This document shows, piece by piece, positions 13,340 to 25,434 of a stretch of 64,000 bases of DNA. The DNA is from Girardia tigrina (Eukaryota). The position numbers were made by a program, and so were the translations under genes. The notes under the pieces are model-generated. The model searched no databases, was not told the origin of the DNA, and worked only from the letters and a program-made list of their open reading frames with translations. Positions within the stretch are counted from its first letter, which is position 1. Each line of letters begins with the position of its first letter. The stretch is from the NCBI GenBank assembly GCA_001938485.1, contig MQRK01192830.1, positions 1 to 64,000 of the forward strand, given 5' to 3'.

Positions 13340-13930
13340 GATTATACAATAAAAATCACAAAGAAAGCTGTTAATGGGGAAAAATACAGTTGCCAGAAAA
13401 ATTTTGTTGATAAACATCGTCCGGATCCCACTTTGGACACCATTTTATGATACGCATATCGCGTTACGTGCACGGTAACGCACCGTTCAGGCGTATTCCA
13501 TTGGTGAAATGCACCGCTTACTACTACCTAGTCGTCCACCTTGCTCAACAAGACATCAAGCACTCTCAATAGTTGTCTCCCTAGCACAGTTACAATTGTA
13601 GCCCCATCATCAATAAACATTCGGTCGCAATGCGGTGGACAACCGGTTATTTCCGCAGGCGTTGTCATTCTATAAATGGCGGTCGTTTGCATAACCGATA
13701 TGTTCGGTTCGGTGAACGCTTTTAAAAAGGTGAAAAAAATTACAAGAACAAAAAAAAGAATTGTTTTATCAATACAAAAATTCTAGTTTGATTAATTAAG
13801 TTAATTATTAAAAGAAAAATCAACTCCATAAGAAAGATTTATATTTTCGTCTGTACAATATACTTTTGTTAGTTTATTAAAACAACTGTTTGTCGTTAAT
13901 AAAAAAACATTTTTACAAAGAAAAAGAAAA
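13340..13930 (-). pseudogene. host-like exon plus upstream intron, copy 2, with hydrophobic C-terminal stretch
   Basis: Diverged copy of 8155-8612 with stops and a frameshift. Continues into ...MFINKIFLATVFFPINSFL. Confidence 0.4.
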
Positions 13931-14561
13931 AATTGAAAATTTGGAACAAAGTTATATTACAACAGGAGTAAAAAAAATAATTTAACTTTAGGAATTCGTC
14001 CATTTTGTTTAGAACACTAAAATATTAGTAGGAACAGCTGTGTAATGCATAAATCCTTGACTAACAGTTTGTATCGCATCTTTAATTTCAGGGTTAGTTA
14101 ATGGAGCTGTAAACGTTAATGAATCATTTTGTTCTCCATCTTCTGTTTCAATATGATCGTCATCTGTGGTTAAGGAAAAAGATTTGTTTTATTTTGAACA
14201 TTTTCAATTATGTCTTCATCGGTTGTCATGCTATTACATGCGATATTCTTATCACACTCTAGATAATCATTTAATTCTTCATCCACGTCGGAGACAGATC
14301 TTAATAATTTGAAATTTTGTTCAGCAATTTAGCGAGTTCGGTGAAAACAGTGATATCAATCTCGTCTTGATAATTCTCATCGTAAAATCTTGTTTTTTAA
14401 AACAATTTTGAATAATTGTTGACGAAACATTAGCATCCCATATTCTCGAAATTTTCGTAATGAAATCCAACAAATTAGTTTTTGGAATTGGTAGTGTTTT
14501 CTCGATATAATCCATCATTTCCTTAAATAACTTATTCCTAAAATATTAACCTCCCCTGGCT

Positions 14562-15912
14562 GAACAGTTAACTGAGTATCGTAAAAACTACAGTACCAGT
14601 ATTGACGTAGAGGATAGTGAGCCATAGACTCTATATCGGGTAGAAACCATAAATAGACAATACAGAACCTACTGATTTTCTCGCACGACATAGATGCAAA
14701 AATGTGAGCTTTCAATGCACGGGCACGCCTAGGTTTTCCAGTTAGAAATGACTTGTCATGATCCCTCGTACCGTGATTCTGTAGAGCTTTGGATGTGTAA
14801 ACATATTTCGTACAATGAGTAAAGGGACATTGAAATATCCCCACTTAAGCTGCATTAATTAACAGAAAGTCGAGAACCACCCTTGGAATCATTCCTGAAT
14901 CAGGGGAACCGTCGAGGGGCACTGACACATGCATCGCGATCGAATTCGAAGATTCTGTCCTGGCGTGGGTCGGTGATCGATCAATAAATGTCTCTTTAAT
15001 CATCCATCCGTTTTATATGTCTTAAAAATTTTCCACGTGACATTGGAAAGGTTTGTCACCTTTTTGACGCTACGGCGTCGTAACCGTATGCGCGCTTTTG
15101 ATGTGTCTTTTTAATTCCTTCTATTCCGCAAAAGCTTTGAAACAAGAGGGATACATGCATCGCACTCTTTTGATACGCAGTTTGAACATTTTCGGATACT
15201 CTTTTATCTGTTCAGTCACTTCTGTTTTGAACTAAACTCACAACATTTTGCCATATATTATATTAACACTTTGAGTTCCACATGACGCAGACGTCTGCGT
15301 CATATGAGTATTACATATGAATATCACCGCACTCAAAGTGTTAAACAAATAACTTAACAAATAAAACAATTTTCATAAAAATCATTTATAAAAATTTAAC
15401 AAAACAAATCTTAAAAAATTAATAAATGTTTTATTAAAAATATTAATGAAGAAAACTATGAAAAAGAAGTTGTTTTAATAAAATAAAATAGACGAGTAAA
15501 GAATTAAAAAACAAAATGGTGGACAATTTTTTCAACCTATCTACTGAACTTTGTTAACATACATGTATGTAAATAATAATAAAAGAATCTCTATTGGATT
15601 TCGATTTTTTATCTTCTATGAAGAAAGCAATTACATGGAACGACTGACCCGGCAGTCGTTAAATACGTTTTTCATATTGTTAAAAATGCCGATCGCATCA
15701 TACATTCCAGCCTGACACCTCTTTCCATGAGAAACTCACAATCCCCAACAGAGACAATAAAGGTCTCATAGAATTCCTTGATCATGCTGACAATCTTGTC
15801 GGTCTAGCCGAATATTTTCAGACCAGTCCACAGAACCTCACGTGGGACACTATAAAATGCCTTTTCCAAATCGATAAAGATCACAAATACCTTCAGGTTC
15901 TTTCTCTCATAT
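14562..15912 (-). mobile_element. RTE-like LINE fragment: RT piece (15640-15912) and C-terminal C2H2 zinc-finger region (14720-15230)
   Basis: VIFIDLEKAFYSVPREVLW; fingers CMYPSC..KRHIKSAH and CPFTHC..LQNHGTRDH. Homologous to the C-terminus of the 50554-51884 copy. Confidence 0.75.
15267..15340. mobile_element. 74-bp piggyBac-type MITE
   Basis: TTAA on both sides, TIR cactttgagt / actcaaagtg, internal 22-bp palindrome. Confidence 0.7.
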
Positions 15913-18618
15913 CCATCAGTTGCAGCAGTACAGTTAAATTGGGAGTAAAAAATTCCAACCGGATGTTCTTTAATTTCGATTGAACTTATTTTTTATCGGA
16001 GGAACAATTATTAAAAAAATATCACCTTGCGATTCTTCTTTTGCAAAATCATCATCTAATTTAAACAGGGATTCCTCGAAAATGAGACCATTCATCCACG
16101 CCTTGCTATTAAAATCGTAATTGACCGGAAGAGAGCGGATATTTAATAGATTTATCAAGGTTAATATATTTGGAATTTTCATTAGACTAAAAAAAATCGA
16201 ATTACAATTGAAATCGAATTATCTGTTGGTCTAATTATCGGGGTTCCACCAGTACCTAAATATTTAATTAAAAATTGCACAAAAATATTAAAATCAAAAC
16301 AAATCATTAAAAAAATATTTACTAACTAGCCCTATACCAGCATTTCATTTCTCGTTACAGCTAAATGTCTGTAAAATGATTTTTGTGTTTTACTATTATT
16401 TTACTAATCTATTTTACGAAATACTACTTTTATTTATTATCGCAACGAACGTGATAGAGAAAATAATTTTACGTTTTTAGTTAAAAAATTTAACAGTTAC
16501 AATACATAATATAATATATGAAACAAAGAAATTTATGCAGAGGCAAGGTATATTAAATAAAAATTATTCTGAAAATTTCATAAAATTTTATTCATTATTA
16601 CGGGGAAATATCGTATGGGAGCTTATTTTAAATTGCTTCTAGGCTTGCTTATGACCACGACAAAGATAAACAACTTTGTGGAGTTTCGTTGACTGGAAGT
16701 AAGCAATAAGCGATACTTTTATAGTTTCCAGCATTAAGACGCACTGAGATCATATCTCGTTAAACGTTTCGATCTTTCAGCGAAAATAATTAGAATAATT
16801 ATAAAAAATATTAATATTTTTTAAATAATATTGCAAAAAATTAAATTTATTTTAATCAAGTTTTGCAAAGGGAAGCAAGGCGTCCCTTGCTTCCATTGAT
16901 ATCACACCACTGATCTTTATGCATATTGTCAAGTAACGTCTCATGTTTTCAAAATAATATGTTTAATTTGGTTCAGTAATTTCATGTTTTTGCATTTCTT
17001 ATGATGTTTAAAAATTGTTGTTGATTACTTGCTTTGGCGGCTTTGGCAATATATTGACATTGTGAGACAATTTTCTCAATGGCATTGAGAAAGGGACTAT
17101 ATGGTGGTTGATAGATGTAGCTCTGACTAGAATTGATTAGCATATCCTTTATAGTGTGACATTTTTCAAATGCTAGAATGTCCATAATAAATATAGCATT
17201 GTTTATATTTTGTATTTCAAGTTTTGTTAAATCAGAAATAAAATTTAAGTATAATACTCATTAAAGCCCGTACTGAAACAAAATAAACAATGGCACATTA
17301 TGCTGTTATGTTTTTAGTTTTGATATTTGGTACTTTATGAATTGTAGGCGTGCCAAGAAGCGATCGTCCTTTTGTTGGTCTCATACAAATATTAAACCCT
17401 GTTTCGTCAATGAATATTACATTTGTGATTCTAGGCATTTCAATATATTGAAGTGGATAATCTCTCCTTAAATGAACAATGTTTTCAGTTAAACGTCTTT
17501 CTGATATAAGTTTTTTGTTTTAAATGAATAATTTGAATGCATCGAAACAGTTGCTGATAGTCTGATGTGAAACTTTAATGTGGGTAAGTGAAAAAAACGC
17601 TGTCAGCTAGACAACGAAGAGTTATAGAAACATCTTCATCTACCATTTGCATTTTATCTTCACTAAGTTTTTTTTCGTTTTATATCCACATACTTTTTGA
17701 GAAACAATGATTCCTTCCTTTTGATACTGCATCCAGATGGTAGATACTGATGACTTTAAATTAAACATTTCAGATTTGCTTCTGTGACATTCCATTATTC
17801 GAAGCTTTACAAACGTTAATTTGGTATCATATGATATACTTGGTCTCCTGATGATAGTGATCAATCGTTCAGTATTTTTCAACATATGTGCTGTGTGTAA
17901 CGGAGTATTCCTGTTCATCATAATTGTCATCCGACTACCTGCAGGCAGTGGTAACGGGATACGATAGATCTTCGACGCCCCCATTTCTGTTTGACTGCAC
18001 TTCGAAATCAGCTGAAACATACGACTCTCCTGTCGCGAAACAACCGGAAGAGAGTGTTTGATAATATGTATTTTACCGTATACAGATGGCTTTTCCATAA
18101 AGTGTTGAGGCAGCCATTTTAACCATATGAAATGTGGTTGATAAATTGCATGCATTCCATTTTTTATAAAGAAAGAAGATAAATAAAACATAATGATTTA
18201 TTCTTTTATCACAAAATTGTGATGACCATGCAACAATTTCATAAAGTTTTTTTGTTAATTAAATTAAATCAGGTTTTGATTTAATTTTATCATTCATGTA
18301 ATTTTTGTTAATTAAATTAAATACGTTAAAAAAGTATCACTACATATGCGTTATCGGAGGTTTTTAAAAATAAATGATCAGAGTTCATAATGAAAATTGA
18401 ATGAATTAGAATTTAATTTTAAATTATATTTTATAATTCCGATATTAAATTATAAATTTATGATATTAATATTGACATTTGCAAAATATAATTTGACAAG
18501 TTTGATATTGAATTTGAAAATAAATTAAAACTTTTTCAAGAGTTTTCGATTAATTTTACGCAATAGGTTACACAATATTCAATTTCATAAATATAAGCAG
18601 TAGAAAAGCTACAAATCA

Positions 18619-18661
18619 GTGATCTGAAGATGACGGTAAAACCGTCGAAATATATTACCAC
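18619..18661 (+). ncRNA. minimal type-I hammerhead ribozyme remnant (Penelope pLTR type)
   Basis: CTGAAGA-T-gacggt-aaa-accgtc-GAAA, palindromic stem III (aatatatt), imperfect stem I gtgat/accac. Confidence 0.6.
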
Positions 18662-19018
18662 AAAAATATTTTGAAATACGTATCTTTTTTTAAAAAAGTT
18701 TGAAATTTAATTTGAAACCCTATAAATATCAATTACGTCACGTTTCATAATTATTATTGATGGTTTTCTCTTAAGACTTGAGAAAATTTTGCCTTTCTCC
18801 GACTTAGATTTTTTTGTAAGATTCATCAGAAAACATTTAGTTGACATAACACAATTTATTAAAAATAAACACTTCCTAATAGGTATAAATAGAAAAAAAC
18901 AATGGCAATTTAAACTTGTAGAGGTAAACATGGATAATACAAAAAGATTATCGAAATTATCATATATTTATATAGTTAGTATATTTATTATATATAGTTA
19001 CAATTAGTAAAGTAGTAT

Positions 19019-21796
19019 CAGTTCCGTCTGACGAACCTTTATTCATGCGGTCACGTTTTTTGTGCGCAGTAATAAAATACTTAGTAATTGCTAAAATTCT
19101 TTTTGAACGGTAATTAAAAAATTTTGAAGTTTAATTTAATTGGTTTATTTAACCCTTTCCTGTCTGAATAAAGAATTAAATTGGCATCCTTAAATCACTT
19201 TTGCAACTTTGAAATGATAAAAACAAAATGGCGTTTGACAAAACATGTGTAAGAATAATTTGTATATTCGTCTATTGATCAGAAATAAAAATATAATTTG
19301 TATTTTTCCATAGATGCTTATAAAATATTAAAATGAAACATGATTCCATATGACATCAATAGTCAGGAAAGGGTTAAATAAATTTATTAGCAAATTAGAC
19401 CAGTTAATTTTGTTAAATTGATATATTAATTATTTATTCTGTAAGAGAGTGTTGTTGTTAATTTTTTAATTTTCGAAAATAAGAATTTTGGTTTTTAAAA
19501 ATTTTGAATTATAATCGAAATTAAAAAAAAATAATGGAAAATAGAATTAAAAAAAAGAAAATAAAAAAATGAAAATTTGTTTAAATAACAAACAATTATA
19601 AATCAAAATCATTTAAATAAACAGACCATCATGTCCAAGAGAAAATTGGAATCCATTAGCAATGGTTCAAGGAAACGTGTATCTTTAAAATTTAAAGTTG
19701 AATGGCTTGACGTGATCGTGATGACTCCAATCCCAACCTTTCGTGATATAAAACCAGTGAAACTCAACGAAATTTTTGACTATATTGAAGAACAGGATGC
19801 TGTAAAATGTAAAATGTGTGCAGAAATAAAAGCGACCGGGGAATTCTCTTCTGGAAAACAATGGAGTGAGTGGAAACTGGATTATCTCAAGCGCATTTGC
19901 TACAAAAAAATCACCTATAAGCTGTAGAAACAATTCGTAATCGGAAAAATGGTGGAATAGTTCGATTGCTGCAAGAAACAGAGGAAGAATCACGGCAAGA
20001 AACTTTCAAATGCAACCAAGCTTCAAAAGAAAAAATACAGGTATTAATTGACAACGTTATTTTAACCATAACAATTATTACATCCATTAATGCCGTTCAA
20101 AGCATTAATGAGCATATGTCAAAATATATTTCTTCTTTGCCAGAAAACTGGAGAGGAAAAAATTATGCTTTCGAATTTGTTGAATGTATTATTAATGTTC
20201 TTCAAAATAAGCAAATGAGAGAACTAAGGGCAGCAAACTATCATTGTCTTATAATAGATGAAAGCACGGATATAACAGTTCATAAAATGTTAGTTATGTA
20301 TATCAAGTATCGATTTGAGAATAAATACAAAACTATTTTTGCTGGAATTCAGGAGCTTACAACATGTGATGCTGATTCTATTGTGGCGACAATAAAAAAA
20401 CTTTTACCAAGTATATAATTTAGACCTGAATAAAATGGTAATGTTAACGTCTGACGGAGCAGCTGTAATGCTAGGAGTGCAGAATGGCGTAGCTGTGATT
20501 TTATGCCGAAAAATAAAACACTTAGTAGTTCAACATTGTGTAGCTCATCGAGAAGATTTAGGAATAGATGACGCATGGAAAAATAATATTCAGATGAAAG
20601 AGATAAATACGTTACTGAAAACTGTTTATACTATTTTTCATCGTTCGTCTCTAAAACAGCACAAATTTCAAGAATTGGCATCTGTTTTAAATTGTGATAT
20701 TTTGTTGTTCAAATCCCTTAATAAAGTGCGATGGCTTTCTCGTCAATTTACAATAGCTCCTATCGTTAGAAACTATGATGTGCTTATCCAATATTTTGAG
20801 AAAGATGTAGATAAAAATAATGATCCAATCTCAAAATACTGTTTACGTACCCTAAAAAGTGTTACTAACCATTTCACCATAGTGGTTTTAAACGATATTT
20901 TGAGCGAACTCGGGAAACTTTGTAAGTTTCTACAAAAAGGCGATTTGTCACCGATGGAAGCCAATGAATACGTAAAGGCGGTAATTATCAGAATGAAGAT
21001 TCAATACCTTGGGGATAAAGCCTTCTGGCGCCGAGAAGCGGAATTTATTTTATCCAAACCATTAGATGAAGAAAAAAAAGTAAATTGTTCACACATTATT
21101 AAATTTATTAGTGATTTATGTAATCATCTGGAAAGGCGCTTTCCATCGGAAGAGATGAGAAAATGGTCTGCTTTTGATTGCAATGCGATCGCAACCAACG
21201 TAACAGATTTTACTTTTGGGCGAGCAAACGTACAAGCCCTCATTAGTAAGTATTCTGAAATTCATGTGAGTGACGATGAACGAGAGGATATATTGGAAGA
21301 ATACTCATCATTTAAGTTTTTAGTTGCCGAGAAACTAAAAGAAAAAATAGCCAAAGATTTTAATAGCATGTTATCGATCGTGACTAGTGTAGTAAAATGG
21401 TGTATCTAGTCGAAATATGCGGGACATTTCAAGCCAACAGTGCGGATTGTGAAAGAGGGTTTAGTATTATGAATACGATTATTATTAATAAGTTGAAGAT
21501 AAGAAACCGTCTCGAAACGTCACATCTCGACTGTTTAATGAGAATTAAATTACAACTAAATGCTGGTATAGAAATTGATTTAGATGCGATTTATAACTTT
21601 TGGAGTAAGAATAAATGTCGGCGTGAAAAAAATTAAATTTCAAATATTTAAAATAAAAATTTTCTGTCTTTTATATTTAAAATAAATTGAATTTTTATAT
21701 AATTATGATTTATGCGCTCAGTTTTTTTTATTTATAAAAAGGATTGCGCATAAGTTTTTTTTGTGCGCAGCTGAAAAAAAATTAGAGGGAACATTG
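19019..21796 (+). mobile_element. hAT transposon (ZNF862/Blackjack-like), frameshifted transposase 19631-21636
   Basis: IIDESTDIT, LTSDGAAVM, HCVAHR, VRWLSR and SADCERGFS motifs. Right end ttagagggaacattg; gtgcgcag subterminal motifs at both ends. Confidence 0.9.
19153..19373. mobile_element. piggyBac-type MITE
   Basis: TTAA TSD; TIR ccctttcctg / caggaaaggg. Confidence 0.8.
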
Positions 21797-23201
21797 AATA
21801 TAGGTACATTAAATTTTATAATTATTAATTATACATTACAAAATAATAATAATAATAATTATTTAAAAACAACATTTAATTAGAAATTAAATTCAAAAAT
21901 ACCTATCAATAAAGATATGGGATACATGTTAAAATTGAATAATTAACGAAACTGCTATAATAATTATACAGAAACAGATTCTCTATTTATACCACAAACG
22001 AACAATTATGAGACAACGATAATACATATTCGATGAAATTGATTCGTTTTACATCTATCACAAACAGATCTATTATGAGACTGCAATAACATATATTAGT
22101 GGAGATTGAGTCTCTCTATTTACTTGTGGTTTAATAAATTAAATAATCACGTTTGACATCGAAAAGTGTTAATACTTTATTTATCAACCTGAGAGAAAGT
22201 GCTCTTTTCTATCAGTAATTTTACGTTCACAAAAGTTTATCAAAATGTTTAAGTAAACTAGAAAATATTAAATTTAAACTAGACGGATATAAACAAAAGC
22301 ATTTCATAAATGAAATAAATTTTGGTCAAATATGATAAAGAAAATAAAGTTCCGGAGACTTTTTAGATTTAAATTAATGAAGCCCAAAAAGGCGAATTTG
22401 ATGATTATCTTAAAAATCGTCCACAATTCATTTTCAATTTGGGAAAACGAAATTTAAATATTTAAAATATATTCATATTTATAAAACGTTACTTTATGAA
22501 TGAGATTTGTATTTAACATTCGTCAAAAATTTTCACATTAAATCAAATTATTAAAAATGAAAATTTATGAATTATAAAAAATAAAAATAATCAATTTTAT
22601 CGACAGATAATTACACATTACTTGAAATTAAAATTCTAATAACAAATAAAAAAGTCACAGAAAAATCGAATTAGAAAATAAATCTTCTTATTCGAGCACA
22701 TCCATGCAGTTAATTATAACGGTGTTAATTTCCTTTTTATGAAGTACTTTTCAAAGTAAATCAAGCCAATTATTATCACCGAAAAAATATTTCATCCTCT
22801 TATTGAATATACTAGAAAAATATTGAAGGAGACACATAAAACATAAATTCCATTATCTTTCCATTCAACAAAACTTTTCGTTACTTATCCACTAACTGTT
22901 TATATATTTTCGTTAATTAATAAAATTATAAATATAATTATTTATTTTTTATTCTTACTCAAAGTTTTAACCGTTTGAAGAACACTGACGCAATAATTTT
23001 TAAAGCATTTATTATAATTACAATTAGATTCAGTTTCATGATGACTCTTGGAAGATTCTTCACCATTTATCACCATTCTAATTAGTGTTATTTCTGGATT
23101 TTTTAATAATGATTATTCCTGCAAATTTCGTTATTTTTTAATAACATTTATTATTTATTTAATTTTAAAATATTTATATATTCTTTATAAAATTTATCAA
23201 T

Positions 23202-23690
23202 TTTGTATTTGAAACTTGAAAATAATTTTATTTAAATTTGATTTAAAATTCAGTATGTAAAAAATATGTTTAAATACAATTATATTATAAAAAGTCACAT
23301 AGTTTATATTTTAATTTATTTGAAAAATATCTCATTAAATTATAAAAAAACTAATTAAAACTAATTGTAAAATTATTTCAAACCTCTAAAATGTTCACTT
23401 AATTGCTTATTATTAAATGAATTGTATTTAAAAATTATCTTAACTTTGTATTTGAAACTTGAAAATAATTTTATTTAAATTTGATTTAAAATTCAGTATG
23501 TAAAAAATATTTTTAAATACAATTATATTATAAAAAGTCACATAGTTTATATTTTAATTTATTTGAAAAATATCTCATTAAATTATAAAAAAAACTAATT
23601 AAAACTAATTGTAAAATTATTTCAAACCTCTAAAATGTTCACTTAATTGCTTATTATTAAATGAATTGTATTTAAAAATTATCTTAACTT
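23202..23690. repeat. near-identical ~242-bp tandem duplication
   Basis: The unit starting tttgtatttgaaacttgaaaat occurs at ~23202 and ~23444. Confidence 0.9.
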
Positions 23691-24228
23691 ATTCCTTTTA
23701 AAATTTTATCGGATTATTAAATTTTCATTAATTTTACCAATTGTGTTCGAATGATCACTTATCGCAAATACAATAAAACACCAGTATTCCAACGGGGTTG
23801 GAGAATCACAATTCAAATTTTAACACACTGCAATCAAAACACTACACTCATACACAATTTATAATATTCCTAATATATTGTTTTTTTTATTTCATTTTGG
23901 ATTTATGAATATGCGCAATATTGGCTTTAATGATTTTTCTTGCCGTTTTGGCACTCATATTTTATGCAATGTAAGTTCTTTTTATTATTTTTATTTATAC
24001 TATTTTATATATTTCATTTATATTTGACACGACACTTAAAATTTTTTTTACACACTACATACCAAACGTTCAAATACGTATAAAAACAATCACCAAAAAT
24101 GTAATTCTTTAGGATCGAATCCCCAAAATGATGTGCTTGTAGTAAGGCGCGTACACAGGAGGATAAATCCCTCCCGAGAAAATAGAATTACGATCTTCAT
24201 TAGGCATACGTTTCATAACAGCATATTA

Positions 24229-25341
24229 CATCATGTTATCCCTAAGTCCTTAGACTCGTTGATAAATAAGATTATGACGTATATGCCATTGATACTATAA
24301 ATAGATGAGCTATCATTGGTTACAGATATGACTCACCATACCCAACCTGTGTGTGTGAGTGGTGCGTACAGCCATTATTTCACTTTTTACTATAGACATG
24401 GACAGTAACGTCGAATATCGCAGCGTGATAAAATTACTGCTCCTGCGCAATAATAAAAGCTGTGATATTTTGCAGCAGTTGCAGGAAGTTTACGGTGACC
24501 AGTGCCCATCGCGTGCAACAGTGTATAATTGGATCAGAGACTTTAAACATGGCCGACAATCCGTTTTTGATGCTGAGAGATCAGGACGACCGTGTGAAAT
24601 TTTACCCGGGAAAAATGATTTGTGCATGAAGAAGATTCGCACTCATGGTGATCGCTTCATCAATAACATCGTTACACAAGATGAAACCCCGGTGAGCTTG
24701 TATGTGTCTGAGAGCAAGCGTCAATTTTCTGAGTGGTGCTTCCCCTGTGAAAGTGCTCTCCGAAAACTTCGAAGCGGCACCTCGCACAAGCGAGCAGTAA
24801 TGCTGACTGTGTTCTGGGATTCCCATGGCATTATTAAAATTGATTTTCTTGAGAAAGGACTGACAATGAATAGTGAGTATTATGTTGAATTACTTCGCGA
24901 TGTGAGAAAGTCTCGCAGGAAACCAAGAGTGTTCCCATTGTGGCTCCTTCAAGAAAATGCACCCATTCACACTTCGCGAGCAACTTTGACTGCTGTAGAT
25001 GACTGTGGCTTTCAGTTGGTTTCCCAGCCCCCCTTTAGCCCTGGCCTTACCCCAAGTGGTTTTACGTTGTTTAAACACCTAAAGAAAATTTTGAAAGGTG
25101 TCCACTTTCATTCAGTTGATGTCCTCAAGGAGAAAGTCCTTGATATTCTCAATTCTTTACCTCCAAATTTTTACAAAAATGCGTTCTCTGAGCTTGTTGC
25201 TCGCTGGCGCAATGGTGTTGATGTACACGGCTCATACATTGAGATATGATTTACTATGATGTCATGTACTGATTCTGAAAAAATAAAGTTGATTGGACTT
25301 TGCTTTCTTGTCGAGTCTAAGGACTTATGGATCACACCACG
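24229..25341 (+). mobile_element. mariner (DD34D), internally deleted transposase ORF 24359-25249, inserted in a hAT-type end beginning at ~24144
   Basis: TA-flanked TIRs ...atccctaagtccttagactcg / cgagtctaaggacttatggatcacaccacg. Motifs VTQDET, LLQENAPIH and PPFSPGLTPS. Confidence 0.92.
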
Positions 25342-25434
25342 TAATAAGAATAATTTAAAATTCTTAAGTTTAAAATGTAAACTCTCCAAAATTTTAAGAA
25401 AAGCTTTCAGAAATTAAAGACAGTTAGGTAATTG

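Larger units (their letters stand above)
8029..16252 (-). mobile_element. pogo/Tigger transposon with nested insertions; transposase pieces at ~15915-16185 and ~13930-14560
   Basis: TA-flanked TIRs cgggtggaacctcgataatt / aattatcggggttccaccag. DDE_1 motifs LPVNYDFNSKAWMN and WDANVSSTIIQNCFKK. Confidence 0.85.
902..16912. mobile_element. non-autonomous hAT-type element carrying further nested insertions
   Basis: CAGTGG...CCACTG termini. 8-bp TSD ATCGTTAT (894-901) / ATCTTTAT (16913-16920). Subterminal hairpin ggaagcaagg-cgtc-ccttgcttcc at ~16871-16894. Confidence 0.7.
720..18560 (-). mobile_element. Tc1/IS630-like transposon (outermost element of the nested stack); transposase pseudogene 16913-17820, last codons at ~875-893
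   Basis: Minus-strand IFIDETGFN...KGRSLLG and QPPYSPFLNAIE motifs. Removing 902-16912 restores the C-terminus YLTICIKMKTNFD*. 770-838 is an inverted match to ~18415-18517. Outer ends approximate. Confidence 0.7.

Noticed and set aside
8155-13930. The ~460-bp direct repeats as the LTRs of the Gypsy element
   Set aside because: No TG..CA ends or TSD. The PPT is followed by a different TGT start (~8647) that resembles the 5' LTR start at 13265.
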